The translations under genes were made by a program, and so were the position numbers. Positions 14,702 to 23,037 of a DNA stretch of 50,599 bases are shown piece after piece (the stretch's first letter is position 1; every line of letters starts with the position of its first letter). The DNA lies in the IMG/VR virus record IMGVR_UViG_3300036979_000299, positions 1 to 50,599 of that record; one strand, given 5' to 3'. The stretch is from a virus (taxonomy: Duplodnaviria > Caudoviricetes). Under the pieces are notes generated by a model, which did not search any database, was not told the DNA's origin, and saw only the letters and a program-made list of their open reading frames with translations.

Positions 14702-16027
14702 ATGATCTTCACACAGCTTCTTGCTCACCAGAAGACAGCCCTGGACTGGCTCACGGGCAAGCCAAGGGCCGGTCTCTTCATGGGACTGGGTTCAGGCAAG
14801 TCCTTGGTTGCACTGGCAAGGGCAAGTGCCCTGCTCGCCCGTAGGATTCTCATAACGTGCGACAAGAACGGAGCCATCAATGTGTGGCCGGACCAGATCA
14901 ACAGGCACACGGATTTCAAGTACGTGGTCAGACCAATAGACTTGAGCAAGATCAAGTTCGATGTGCCCACCTGCGTCATCACGAACTATGACATGCTGGC
15001 GGCGAACCCCGAACGGTACAGGCAGCACTGGGATCTGTGGATAGGGGATGAGTCATCCGAGTTCAAGGATCAGCGCACACTCAAGCACAAGCGCCTGTTG
15101 TCCATCATCCAAGCTGCCGACAATCGCCTCATCTTGAATGGCAAGCTGATGACCGAACGCTTGGAAGACATCTGGCCACAGATGAGCCTGCTCGGGTACA
15201 CCGCCCCCCTGGGGAGGACGATGACGCAATTCAAGATGCGGTACATGCGCCCCGATGACATGGGATATGGCTGGATACCCCAACGATCAGCGTTCACCCG
15301 TGTTCAGCGTGACATGGATGGGCTGGGTTACTTCCTGGACGATGTTCCGAACATGCCTGAGAAAAACTACATCAACGTGCCCGTCAAGATGACAGACCAA
15401 CAGAGGAGATTGGACGATGACCTTAGATCTGCGTTCGCTGCAAGCATGGGAAAAATCCAAGTCGAAACACAGTTTGCCGCCGCGTGTTTTATCAAAAGAC
15501 TTCAGCTCTCGGGCGGAGTATTCCGGGGTGACGATGGGCAGTGGTGCCCTGTCCCGACTCGGAAACTGGAAGCACTGGTTCAGATTGTTGGTGACAATCC
15601 TACCCACAAGATTGTGGTGTGGCACAGTTACATCCCGGAGACCGAGATCATTAGCCAGCATCTTACAGCCAGGGGGGTGCCTCACCTTGTCTTCCGATCT
15701 CCAACGGATACGCACGTACTCGAAGCGTTCGCGAAGGGAGAGGCGAATGTCATTCTTGTCCGATCTTCTATGTGTCGGGGTCTTAACCATCTTGTTGGGG
15801 CTGATATTGCTGTGTTCTATGGCAATCCACTGGCATACGCACGAAGAGCCCAAGCTGAAGGGAGATCTTGTCGGATCACGTCCGAGTACGAAGACACTCA
15901 CTACTTCGATCTTACCACGGAAGGAGGAGCCGACGAAGTAGTCCACCGTCTGTTGCAAAACAAACACAGTTGCAGCTTGACGTTCTCCAAGATGTATGAG
16001 ATTCTACAAAACGAAAAGCAAATATGA
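14702..16027 (+). CDS. SNF2-like superfamily 2 helicase
   Basis: HQ motif, MGLGSGKS, IGDESS, LILNGK, RGLN, QAEGRSCR. Confidence 0.88.
   Translation: MIFTQLLAHQKTALDWLTGKPRAGLFMGLGSGKSLVALARASALLARRILITCDKNGAINVWPDQINRHTDFKYVVRPIDLSKIKFDVPTCVITNYDMLAANPERYRQHWDLWIGDESSEFKDQRTLKHKRLLSIIQAADNRLILNGKLMTERLEDIWPQMSLLGYTAPLGRTMTQFKMRYMRPDDMGYGWIPQRSAFTRVQRDMDGLGYFLDDVPNMPEKNYINVPVKMTDQQRRLDDDLRSAFAASMGKIQVETQFAAACFIKRLQLSGGVFRGDDGQWCPVPTRKLEALVQIVGDNPTHKIVVWHSYIPETEIISQHLTARGVPHLVFRSPTDTHVLEAFAKGEANVILVRSSMCRGLNHLVGADIAVFYGNPLAYARRAQAEGRSCRITSEYEDTHYFDLTTEGGADEVVHRLLQNKHSCSLTFSKMYEILQNEKQI
15977..16005 (+). promoter_or_regulatory. Candidate internal promoter
   Basis: TTGACG-17 bp-GATTCT; shares TATGAGATWCT with the 5947 promoter. 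Confidence 0.5.
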
Positions 16028-16050
16028 TATGATATGATGGGAGAGCAGAC

Positions 16051-16497
16051 ATGAACAAGAATATGATTAAAATGAAACCCGTTTGGGAGGCCAGATATAG
16101 GTTGCGGGTTAAGGCACAGGCTCTAGATGATATGAGTACCGAACTTCATACTAAGGGGTGTGAGTGGTTCACCAAAGGTGCCAAGTTTTACGGGGTTGGA
16201 AGTGATGCGTATGAGAAGGGTCAGGCACTATATCTCGGAGACAACAAGATGTCGGCTGAGGGGGACAAGTGGTGTTGCATGGGCGACACAGCATACGCCA
16301 AGAGTTATACGTTGAATGCCAAGGGGGCAAAACTTCACGCTGAAAGCGACAGGCTGTCCGCCAAGGTGAGTTCCTTGTTGGCTGAGGGAGATATGTTGTG
16401 GATTGAAGCTGTCCTCCGAGTTTATGGAAACGTCCCTATTGAGTGGGATGTCCACAGAACATCCTGTATTGTAGACGGAAAGGACAGGTATGAGTAG
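16051..16497 (+). CDS. Degenerate heptad-repeat protein, paralog of 13836-14171
   Basis: Shares VW..R.RL start and W.EAV...YGNV.IEW.....CIVDGKD end; Gly recurs about every 7 aa. Confidence 0.8.
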   Translation: MNKNMIKMKPVWEARYRLRVKAQALDDMSTELHTKGCEWFTKGAKFYGVGSDAYEKGQALYLGDNKMSAEGDKWCCMGDTAYAKSYTLNAKGAKLHAESDRLSAKVSSLLAEGDMLWIEAVLRVYGNVPIEWDVHRTSCIVDGKDRYE

Positions 16498-16762
16498 AAT
16501 CACAAAACATCGAGAGGGGGTGATTACCGTGGCCAAAACAGCAGCGAAAACGAATCGAGTTGCGACGGGCAGGACTTACACGTTCTACGTGCCCGAGGAA
16601 ATGCAGCCCACAATGGATCGGGTGGTGAGACTAGGAAAGGACTACCACTTGAGTGTCGGTCTGATGATCAACATGATGATCGACTCGTGCATCGAGACGT
16701 TGGAGAAAGAAATTCCAGAACACAGAAAGTTCCTACTGAACGGAAAAGAGATCAGACTATGA
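16490..16762 (+). CDS. Putative ribbon-helix-helix DNA-binding protein
   Basis: RTYTFYVPEE strand followed by two predicted helices; start may be GTG 16529. Confidence 0.5.
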   Translation: MSRITKHREGVITVAKTAAKTNRVATGRTYTFYVPEEMQPTMDRVVRLGKDYHLSVGLMINMMIDSCIETLEKEIPEHRKFLLNGKEIRL

Positions 16763-17808
16763 GTGACACAAAAACGAACGAGACGAAAGAGCTGTCGTAT
16801 TCCAGACTAATGACACACATGACGTGTCCACGGCTGGAGTACTACAAGTACAGGGTGGGTGGTGTTGGCCTCAAGACTACCGCTCCGTATCTCCCATTCA
16901 TCGAGGGGGAAGTGGGACACTACGCTTTGAAGTTCTTCTACAAGAGCGGACTCATGCTCCGGGAGAACATGACCAAGCGGGTGACGAAACTGATCGACGA
17001 AGCTGGCGTGTTGGACCCGGAAGCGGATGACGATCTCCGGACCAGCCTGGCGGCGATGATCGGGATCTGCCTGGCCTACAAGGAGAAGTACTACACGGAT
17101 ATTGACCACACATCGGAAGGCAAGATCACATCCAAGGGGATCTGGGACATCCTCATAGTGGAGCAGCCCTTCGAGTTCGAGTTCAATGGGTACACGTTCC
17201 GGGGCATGATCGACCTGCTTGTGCGGGATAGGAAGACGGGGAAGACCACCCTGGTGGAGCACAAGTTCACATCCAGTCAGCTCGCCGGACGCCTTCAGCA
17301 GTTGCCCATGGACTTGCAGGAGATGGTCTACTGCGAAGCCGTGAAGCAAACGACCGGGAAGTATCCGGACTTCAAGATGTGGAACTTCATCAAGAAGTCA
17401 CAGCTCCGCCGGAAGAAGATGGGGGACACCGGACGTGAACCCCTGACTTCGTTCGAGGCACGGGTCCAGCAACAGTACAAGGACGAGCCGGACAAGATGT
17501 TCATGCGCTCGAACCCGATCCCGGTAGAGCCCAAGATGATCGAGTCGGTCAAGGCTCAACTCGTCAAGGTGCTTCGGGACTTCGAGTCCACCGACCCAAC
17601 CATGCGGTTCTCCTCATGCCTGGGTCTGTACGGTCGGGTATGTGAGTTCATCCAAGCTTGCACTGCCAAGCTGATGGAACACGCGGATGGGTGGAATGCT
17701 CCTGAATGTCAGGGGCTCTACAAGATGAAGACGCAACAGCACGAGGAACTGAAGGAGGATGACGATGGCAAAGCCAAAGACAAGCAGCCAACCAAAGCCC
17801 GAAAGTGA
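16759..17808 (+). CDS. PD-(D/E)XK exonuclease (Cas4/AddB-like)
   Basis: LSYSRL...CPR, VEQPF, RGMIDLL, LVEHK, C-terminal Cys cluster. Confidence 0.85.
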   Translation: MSDTKTNETKELSYSRLMTHMTCPRLEYYKYRVGGVGLKTTAPYLPFIEGEVGHYALKFFYKSGLMLRENMTKRVTKLIDEAGVLDPEADDDLRTSLAAMIGICLAYKEKYYTDIDHTSEGKITSKGIWDILIVEQPFEFEFNGYTFRGMIDLLVRDRKTGKTTLVEHKFTSSQLAGRLQQLPMDLQEMVYCEAVKQTTGKYPDFKMWNFIKKSQLRRKKMGDTGREPLTSFEARVQQQYKDEPDKMFMRSNPIPVEPKMIESVKAQLVKVLRDFESTDPTMRFSSCLGLYGRVCEFIQACTAKLMEHADGWNAPECQGLYKMKTQQHEELKEDDDGKAKDKQPTKARK

Positions 17809-18625
17809 TGTGGGTCCGGATGGCACAGAGGTAACAGCCATGCCTGCATCCTATGACTTCTTGCGCTCTGTTCAGATCTGGCAGGGTGCTCCGAAGACGG
17901 GGAAGACCAGCACCGCTGCCGCCCTGGGTCCGGTGGCCAAGCGGCTGGGCATCCCCGAGATAAAGCCGTTCTTCATGCTGTTCGAGCCTGGTTCCGGTGG
18001 CGTGGAGATCTCGGGCACCAGCGAGAAGTGCGGGTGCGGTGGGAAGAAAGGATGCGTGGACTGTGAAGGAGTCGGGATCAAGCGGAAGATCCTGACTACC
18101 CTGGAGGACATGACGAAGTGGTTCACTTGGGCGGGCAAGTCCAAGTTCAACCCCATCGTCTTGGATACCGGGGACGGAATGTTCCAAGTCGTATCGGACT
18201 GTGTTTGCTTGAAGATGGGGATTACCAACCCAACCCAAGCGGATCATGGTGCGGCATGGCTGGACATCTTCGATGAGATGCGGGAAAAGATATCCATCCT
18301 GACCGGGGCGGGCAAGTCAGTCGTGATGCTGATGCACGTCTACATGATGGAGAAACGAGTGAAAGGAGGTTCAATCCAAGTGGCAACCTTCAACGTGTCG
18401 GGGAAGAGCCGTCAATTCCTGGCGGGATTGGCGAATCAGATCCTTCACTTCGAGGTAGTGCCGGATGGAGAAGGAGACAAGCACATCATATCGACCCGGG
18501 CGAAGTCTGGGGTGGAAGCCGGGGATCACTGGGGGGTTATGCCCGAAGAACTGGACCGAGGGGACAGTCCTGAAGCGGCAGCCGAAGCGATCCTCAAGTG
18601 TTTCTATGAGGTGCAACATGGATGA
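17765..18625 (+). CDS. AAA_24 / Sak4-like ATPase
   Basis: GAPKTGKTS, IVLDT, VMLMH; located between exonuclease and SSB. Confidence 0.8.
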   Translation: MAKPKTSSQPKPESDVGPDGTEVTAMPASYDFLRSVQIWQGAPKTGKTSTAAALGPVAKRLGIPEIKPFFMLFEPGSGGVEISGTSEKCGCGGKKGCVDCEGVGIKRKILTTLEDMTKWFTWAGKSKFNPIVLDTGDGMFQVVSDCVCLKMGITNPTQADHGAAWLDIFDEMREKISILTGAGKSVVMLMHVYMMEKRVKGGSIQVATFNVSGKSRQFLAGLANQILHFEVVPDGEGDKHIISTRAKSGVEAGDHWGVMPEELDRGDSPEAAAEAILKCFYEVQHG

Positions 18626-18785
18626 GTCAGAGATGATGCAAGCCATTATGACGCTTGGAGACAAAGCCATTTGGGTGTTTGTCGCTTGGCGTGTACTGAA
18701 GGTGTTGGAGTTAGCGATACTGTTGGCGTTCTTCTGGTGGTTGTTCAAGCCACTACTCAAGTGGATACTAAAGAACAACGAATAA
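18618..18785 (+). CDS. Small membrane protein
   Basis: GAGGT RBS; hydrophobic LAILLAFFWWLF segment. Confidence 0.6.
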   Translation: MDESEMMQAIMTLGDKAIWVFVAWRVLKVLELAILLAFFWWLFKPLLKWILKNNE

Positions 18786-18797
18786 GGGGAGCACAAC

Positions 18798-18866
18798 ATG
18801 ATGACAGTATTAGTGACGGTTCTCGTGGCAATGTTCGCGGTTGAAATCGCAAGGAGATACGTATGA
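18798..18866 (+). CDS. 22-aa hydrophobic peptide (not in ORF track)
   Basis: MMTVLVTVLVAMFAVEIARRYV*; GGAG RBS, ATGA overlap with next gene. Confidence 0.4.
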   Translation: MMTVLVTVLVAMFAVEIARRYV

Positions 18867-19459
18867 ACAAGGCATTGATGGCAGCGCGAGCTGCGTTTCG
18901 TGGTCAGACAGCGAAGGTGAACGGCAAGCAGTACGACAACAGCCCATTCTCGGAGGGGATCTACACCATGAAGGTGACGGACTCCAAGATCGTGGAGAGT
19001 CCGGAGGGAGCGCCCAAGCACAAGATGACAATGGAAGTGGTGTCCGGTGACATGGCTGGCCGCAAGGCATGGCCGTACTCACCCGACATCTCCACCATGG
19101 ATGGAGTCATCTCCATGGTCAAGAACGTCCGGGCAATCCTGGGCGATGTGGTGCCCGGTGACACCACGAGCGATGGGCAGTTCGAGGTGAAGGCCGATGA
19201 GTTTGTCGGCAACGCCGAGGAGTACGCCTCCCGCCTGATCGGCGAGGTGGTGGAAGCCAAGTGCATGAACCAGAAGGCCCGTGCCGACGGCTCGCACCTC
19301 AAGGATGACGGCACCCCCTGGCAGAACTGGTACATCAACCGTGGCCTGGGCGAGGACGGCAAGGCAGCGGCAGCTCCCAAGGGTGAGCCCCGCAAGAACA
19401 CAGTCAGGAAGCCGGACGCTTCCATGTCGGTGGGAAAGCGCAAGCCCATCAAGCGGTAG
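18863..19459 (+). CDS. Putative ssDNA-binding protein (DUF669-like)
   Basis: EGIYTMKVTD...EVVSGDMAGRK; third gene of the exonuclease-ATPase-SSB trio. Confidence 0.65.
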   Translation: MNKALMAARAAFRGQTAKVNGKQYDNSPFSEGIYTMKVTDSKIVESPEGAPKHKMTMEVVSGDMAGRKAWPYSPDISTMDGVISMVKNVRAILGDVVPGDTTSDGQFEVKADEFVGNAEEYASRLIGEVVEAKCMNQKARADGSHLKDDGTPWQNWYINRGLGEDGKAAAAPKGEPRKNTVRKPDASMSVGKRKPIKR

Positions 19460-19471
19460 ACCAACAGCACA

Positions 19472-19502
19472 GCCTCCCCCGAACTAATCACTCGGGGGAG
19501 GC
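19472..19502 (+). terminator. 11-bp GC hairpin without U-tract (terminator or RNA stabiliser)
   Basis: GCCTCCCCCGA-9 nt-TCGGGGGAGGC. Confidence 0.5.
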
Positions 19503-19514
19503 ATGGAGGATTGA

Positions 19515-19703
19515 ATGACAAACATCTGTTCTCTCGAAAAAAGCATAGCCATAGAAATTAGAGAGTTCGAGAAAGACACTGGACTGGCTGTCAGGACTTT
19601 GGAAATCCACCGAACAGGAGCAAGTGACAACCCACCTGATGAGATATGCAGGATACATATAACACTGTCCACCAAGTACAATCTCAATGAGAAACCAGTC
19701 TAA
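19515..19703 (+). CDS. Hypothetical protein
   Basis: GGAGG RBS, 62 aa. Confidence 0.6.
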   Translation: MTNICSLEKSIAIEIREFEKDTGLAVRTLEIHRTGASDNPPDEICRIHITLSTKYNLNEKPV

Positions 19704-19747
19704 CTAGATGGAGTATCTGATCCCTGACAGAACAAACAGGAGAGACC

Positions 19748-20305
19748 ATGAAAACCAAACTGACAGACTTGCCTAAGAGCTTCTTCCGCTGCATCGTGGC
19801 TGACCCGCCGTGGAAGTACGGGGCATGGGGAAAACCATCGAATGACCGCTTCCGTAAGTCCATGCACAAGGTTTTCGAGATGCCTTACGTCACCATGACC
19901 GTGCATGAAATCGCCGCGCTTCCAGTTGCCAGATGCGCCGCCGATGACTGCGACCTGTACCTGTGGACAACGCAGAAATACCTGCCGGACGCCTTCGGAG
20001 TGTTGGAGGCTTGGGGCTTCTGCTACTGCCAAACACTGACATGGTGCAAGACTCCGCGTGGCACAGGGCAAGGTGGACTCTACTGCCCGACAACTGAGTT
20101 CCTGCTTCTAGGTCGCAAGGGCAGGATGCCAGCGAAGAAGCGTGTGGATACAACGTGGTGGAATGTGACGCGACCAAACAACGCGCACAGTAAGAAACCA
20201 GAGTTCTTCCAAGACATCATCGAATCGCAAAGTGATTCACCACGGCTTGAACTATTCGCCCGTCGCCCGCGTGAAGGCTGGATAGTATGGGGGAATGAAG
20301 TATGA
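19748..20305 (+). CDS. MT-A70 family adenine methyltransferase
   Basis: IVADPPW, LYLWTT, TEFLLLG, HSKKP, LELFAR...WGNEV. Confidence 0.93.
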   Translation: MKTKLTDLPKSFFRCIVADPPWKYGAWGKPSNDRFRKSMHKVFEMPYVTMTVHEIAALPVARCAADDCDLYLWTTQKYLPDAFGVLEAWGFCYCQTLTWCKTPRGTGQGGLYCPTTEFLLLGRKGRMPAKKRVDTTWWNVTRPNNAHSKKPEFFQDIIESQSDSPRLELFARRPREGWIVWGNEV

Positions 20306-21264
20306 AAACCAAACGACTTCTCGATCCGATGACCGGGTTCATCCTGCTCCATGCCGACATCCCAGCCATCATCGGTTCCCTATTCCCGGACTGGATGGAC
20401 GTGGCCAACAACGTCATGTGTCCGTGGCACGATGACAAGAGCCCCAGCCTGAAGATCTACCCGGACGGTGGAGGCAAGTGCTTCGGGTGCGGACTGGTCA
20501 TCAAGGATGTGGTTGACCTGTACGCCAAGTGCATGGGCATCGACTACAACGAATCCCAGCGTGTGTTGTACTCCGACTTGGTTGACCCAATTCCATCCAG
20601 CCAGATCCAGCAGTTCAAAAAGCTGCTCACGGGCAAGCCGTTGGAATGGCTGACTATCGAACGGAACATCCTTCCGGCCACCATCGCCCGGTATGACATC
20701 GGGTATGACCCGCACGACAACCGGGTGGTGATCCCCATCTACGATCAGTTCAAGTTCTGTCGGAACATGCGGCGTGTGGCATGGGCGAAGGGAGCCAAGT
20801 TCAAGGTAACAAACACGAACGGACATGGAGATTGCCGGATCTACCCCGAGATCACACTGGCCCTGAACAAAAAGGTTCTGCTTTGCGAGGGCGAACTGGA
20901 TTGCCTGGTCGCCCAATCGTTCGGACTCCCGGCGATCACTTGGACAGGGGGGGCTGGATCGTGGAGCGAGGAGCAGCTTCCCCTGTTCAGGGGGAAGTAC
21001 GTGTGGGTGATGTACGACAACGACGATGCCGGTCGGGCTGGGTCTGAGAAGATTACAGCCATCCTCAAGCGGTACGCGGAGTGGGTGGAAGATATAAACA
21101 TACCATTCGTCAAGGGGGGCAAGGACATTACGGATCTTTCATTCGTGTGCCCCGATGAGTTGACCTATCTGGCCGACACGATCAAGAAAGTCGTGACCAA
21201 GAAGACTGAACCAAAACCAAGGGTGTGCCCTTGTTGCCACCAAGAAATAAAGGTGAGAGCATGA
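20302..21264 (+). CDS. DNA primase (CHC2 zinc finger plus TOPRIM, no helicase domain)
   Basis: CPWHDD...CFGC, LCEGELD, YDNDDAG, KDITD. Confidence 0.9.
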   Translation: MKTKRLLDPMTGFILLHADIPAIIGSLFPDWMDVANNVMCPWHDDKSPSLKIYPDGGGKCFGCGLVIKDVVDLYAKCMGIDYNESQRVLYSDLVDPIPSSQIQQFKKLLTGKPLEWLTIERNILPATIARYDIGYDPHDNRVVIPIYDQFKFCRNMRRVAWAKGAKFKVTNTNGHGDCRIYPEITLALNKKVLLCEGELDCLVAQSFGLPAITWTGGAGSWSEEQLPLFRGKYVWVMYDNDDAGRAGSEKITAILKRYAEWVEDINIPFVKGGKDITDLSFVCPDELTYLADTIKKVVTKKTEPKPRVCPCCHQEIKVRA

Positions 21265-21899
21265 ACTGTACAGCCTGCCCACTACACGTTAGCTGCCGAA
21301 CCCCCTGCATGAGCGGGACCGGGAACCCCAACGCCAAGCTGGTGCTGATTGGTGAGTGCCCCGGATTCAACGAAGACTTGGATGGTCATCCTTTCGTGGG
21401 TGAGTCGGGCAAGCTGCTTGACTTCATCCTGAACAAGCTGGGAATCAGCCGAAGCGATCTGTGGATAACCAATCTCATCAAGTGCCATCCCAACAAGAAC
21501 GAACTGCCCAAGGGCGAAGAACTGAAACAAGTAGTTGAGGCTTGCATGAAACATTTGCGCCCCGAACTATCTCAGGTCCACCCGAAAGTGGTTGTCTTGT
21601 TGGGTGGCACTGTTACCCACTGGCTGTCCGGACACAGGCTGATAACCAAGGTGGAGGGAACGGAAGTTGAACTGACTCGGTTCGAGCCTGAGAATCAGAA
21701 GCAGCTCACCTTGTGGAAAATATATGGACCCAAGTTCAAAGCAGTTGCTTGCTACCACCCGGCCTATGTGCTTCGGTCTCCAAGCAAGGAGCCCAACCTG
21801 GCACGGTCAATCGCCAAGGCAGCGAAGATGGCAGGCATGAAGATCAAACCCAAGGGTTACGACACGACAGGAATATACGAATATGAGGTGAGAACATGA
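21261..21899 (+). CDS. Uracil-DNA glycosylase family 4
   Basis: CTACPL, IGECPGFNED..G.PFVGESG, TNLIKC, YHPAYVLR. Confidence 0.93.
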   Translation: MNCTACPLHVSCRTPCMSGTGNPNAKLVLIGECPGFNEDLDGHPFVGESGKLLDFILNKLGISRSDLWITNLIKCHPNKNELPKGEELKQVVEACMKHLRPELSQVHPKVVVLLGGTVTHWLSGHRLITKVEGTEVELTRFEPENQKQLTLWKIYGPKFKAVACYHPAYVLRSPSKEPNLARSIAKAAKMAGMKIKPKGYDTTGIYEYEVRT

Positions 21900-22117
21900 G
21901 TGATCCAACAATGATTCGATACCGTCTTTACCGCTGGCTGATGAAGCTGGCACATCGACACGGATGGCACCACATGACAACGTGCTACCCGGACGGAGAC
22001 ACGATGCTGGTTTGCCACTGGTGCGGAATCCGCATCGTGACGCACAGGTCCAATTTGGCGCGGGGTATTCTATCGAACACAGCTGGCACAGCGACACACA
22101 AGGAGGGAAAGACATGA
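21896..22117 (+). CDS. Small hypothetical protein ending in ATHKEGKT
   Basis: GAGGTG RBS, CHWCG motif. Confidence 0.7.
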   Translation: MSDPTMIRYRLYRWLMKLAHRHGWHHMTTCYPDGDTMLVCHWCGIRIVTHRSNLARGILSNTAGTATHKEGKT

Positions 22118-22553
22118 ACCCGATGACCGAAGTGATACGATACCGCAAGATCAAAGCGCAAGACGATGCTGCACAAGAGACCCAGCGACTCATTGACGGG
22201 GCACTTCACACGCTGTCGTTAAACAGCAATGTTCGAGTGACTCACGTTGTTGCGAAATCCATTTTTCTCGGAAGTCCGTGGATGTGGAAAGGGCAATCAC
22301 TCACCGTGAACGGAAAATACGTTGGGTGTGGCGTGTGGGAATTGCGAAGAGAAGAGGCCGCGACACACAAGGAGGGGTGAGTGAACATGGTCGAACTAAG
22401 TAATGCGGTTCGAGAACTGTTGTCAGTCATTGACGCCCACGACATGGACACGCTTGACTGCGACAGAAGCGGGAGGCGGTGCTGCGACTGCCTAGAACGG
22501 GCCAGGAAAAAGGTTGAAGCATTGCTGGCCGCCACCGCGACACACAAGGAGGG
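22091..22553 (+). repeat. Three identical 17-bp gene-junction repeats GCGACACACAAGGAGGG
   Basis: Copies at 22091-22107, 22360-22376, 22537-22553. Confidence 0.95.
22114..22380 (+). CDS. Small hypothetical protein ending in ATHKEG
   Basis: RBS supplied by repeat copy 1. Confidence 0.7.
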   Translation: MNPMTEVIRYRKIKAQDDAAQETQRLIDGALHTLSLNSNVRVTHVVAKSIFLGSPWMWKGQSLTVNGKYVGCGVWELRREEAATHKEG

Positions 22554-22563
22554 TGAGGTATGA
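22387..22563 (+). CDS. Small hypothetical protein ending in ATHKEGEV
   Basis: RBS supplied by repeat copy 2; alternative GTG start at 22381. Confidence 0.7.
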   Translation: MVELSNAVRELLSVIDAHDMDTLDCDRSGRRCCDCLERARKKVEALLAATATHKEGEV

Positions 22564-22751
22564 AGCTAGACTGGGGAGTAGTAGAAAGTGGATTGAACCG
22601 GGCATCTATCCCCGGTGGGTGGCTGGTGCGACAGTATGAGAGCAGATACGACACCGAAATAAAACGCTGGGATGAATGTATTGTGTCAACCTGCTTCGTG
22701 CCTGACCCCGATCACGTCTGGGATGTATCTGGAGAAGACGGTGAGGAGTGA
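22560..22751 (+). CDS. Small phage hypothetical protein
   Basis: RASIPGGWLV...FVPDPDHVW; RBS from repeat copy 3. Confidence 0.75.
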   Translation: MKLDWGVVESGLNRASIPGGWLVRQYESRYDTEIKRWDECIVSTCFVPDPDHVWDVSGEDGEE

Positions 22752-22873
22752 AAAGGAAAATCAAGACCCAGTGTGGGGGGACAAACGCCAACGGAAACAA
22801 AGCCCGACAGCACTCATGGCTGTTCGGCACATGCGAGTGGTGCGGTAAATCGAAGAAGGAGATCAAGCGATGA
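22748..22873 (+). CDS. Small Zn-ribbon-like peptide (not in ORF track)
   Basis: GTGA-coupled; C...HSW...CEWCG. Confidence 0.5.
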   Translation: MKRKIKTQCGGTNANGNKARQHSWLFGTCEWCGKSKKEIKR

Positions 22874-23037
22874 CAGCCGATGAACTAATAGAACGGGTGA
22901 GAGAACTGGTTGGATTCTCGGGAAGTATACCCAGCTTCACGATAGTAGAAAAGATCGAAGAAGCCCTGAACGAATACGATTACAACAAGGAGCAGACACA
23001 CAATGAAAGAGAAGAAATGGATCTCTCTGGATTTTGA
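22870..23037 (+). CDS. Small hypothetical protein (not in ORF track)
   Basis: AAGGAG RBS, ATGA overlap; MTADELIERVRELVG. Confidence 0.5.
   Translation: MTADELIERVRELVGFSGSIPSFTIVEKIEEALNEYDYNKEQTHNEREEMDLSGF

Noticed and set aside
16759-17808. Cas4 as part of a CRISPR-Cas system
   Set aside because: No other cas genes or array; it sits in a standard exonuclease-ATPase-SSB recombination module
22091-22553. Mini-CRISPR or integron attC sites
   Set aside because: Intervals of 160-250 bp are whole genes, the repeat is not palindromic and no integrase is present
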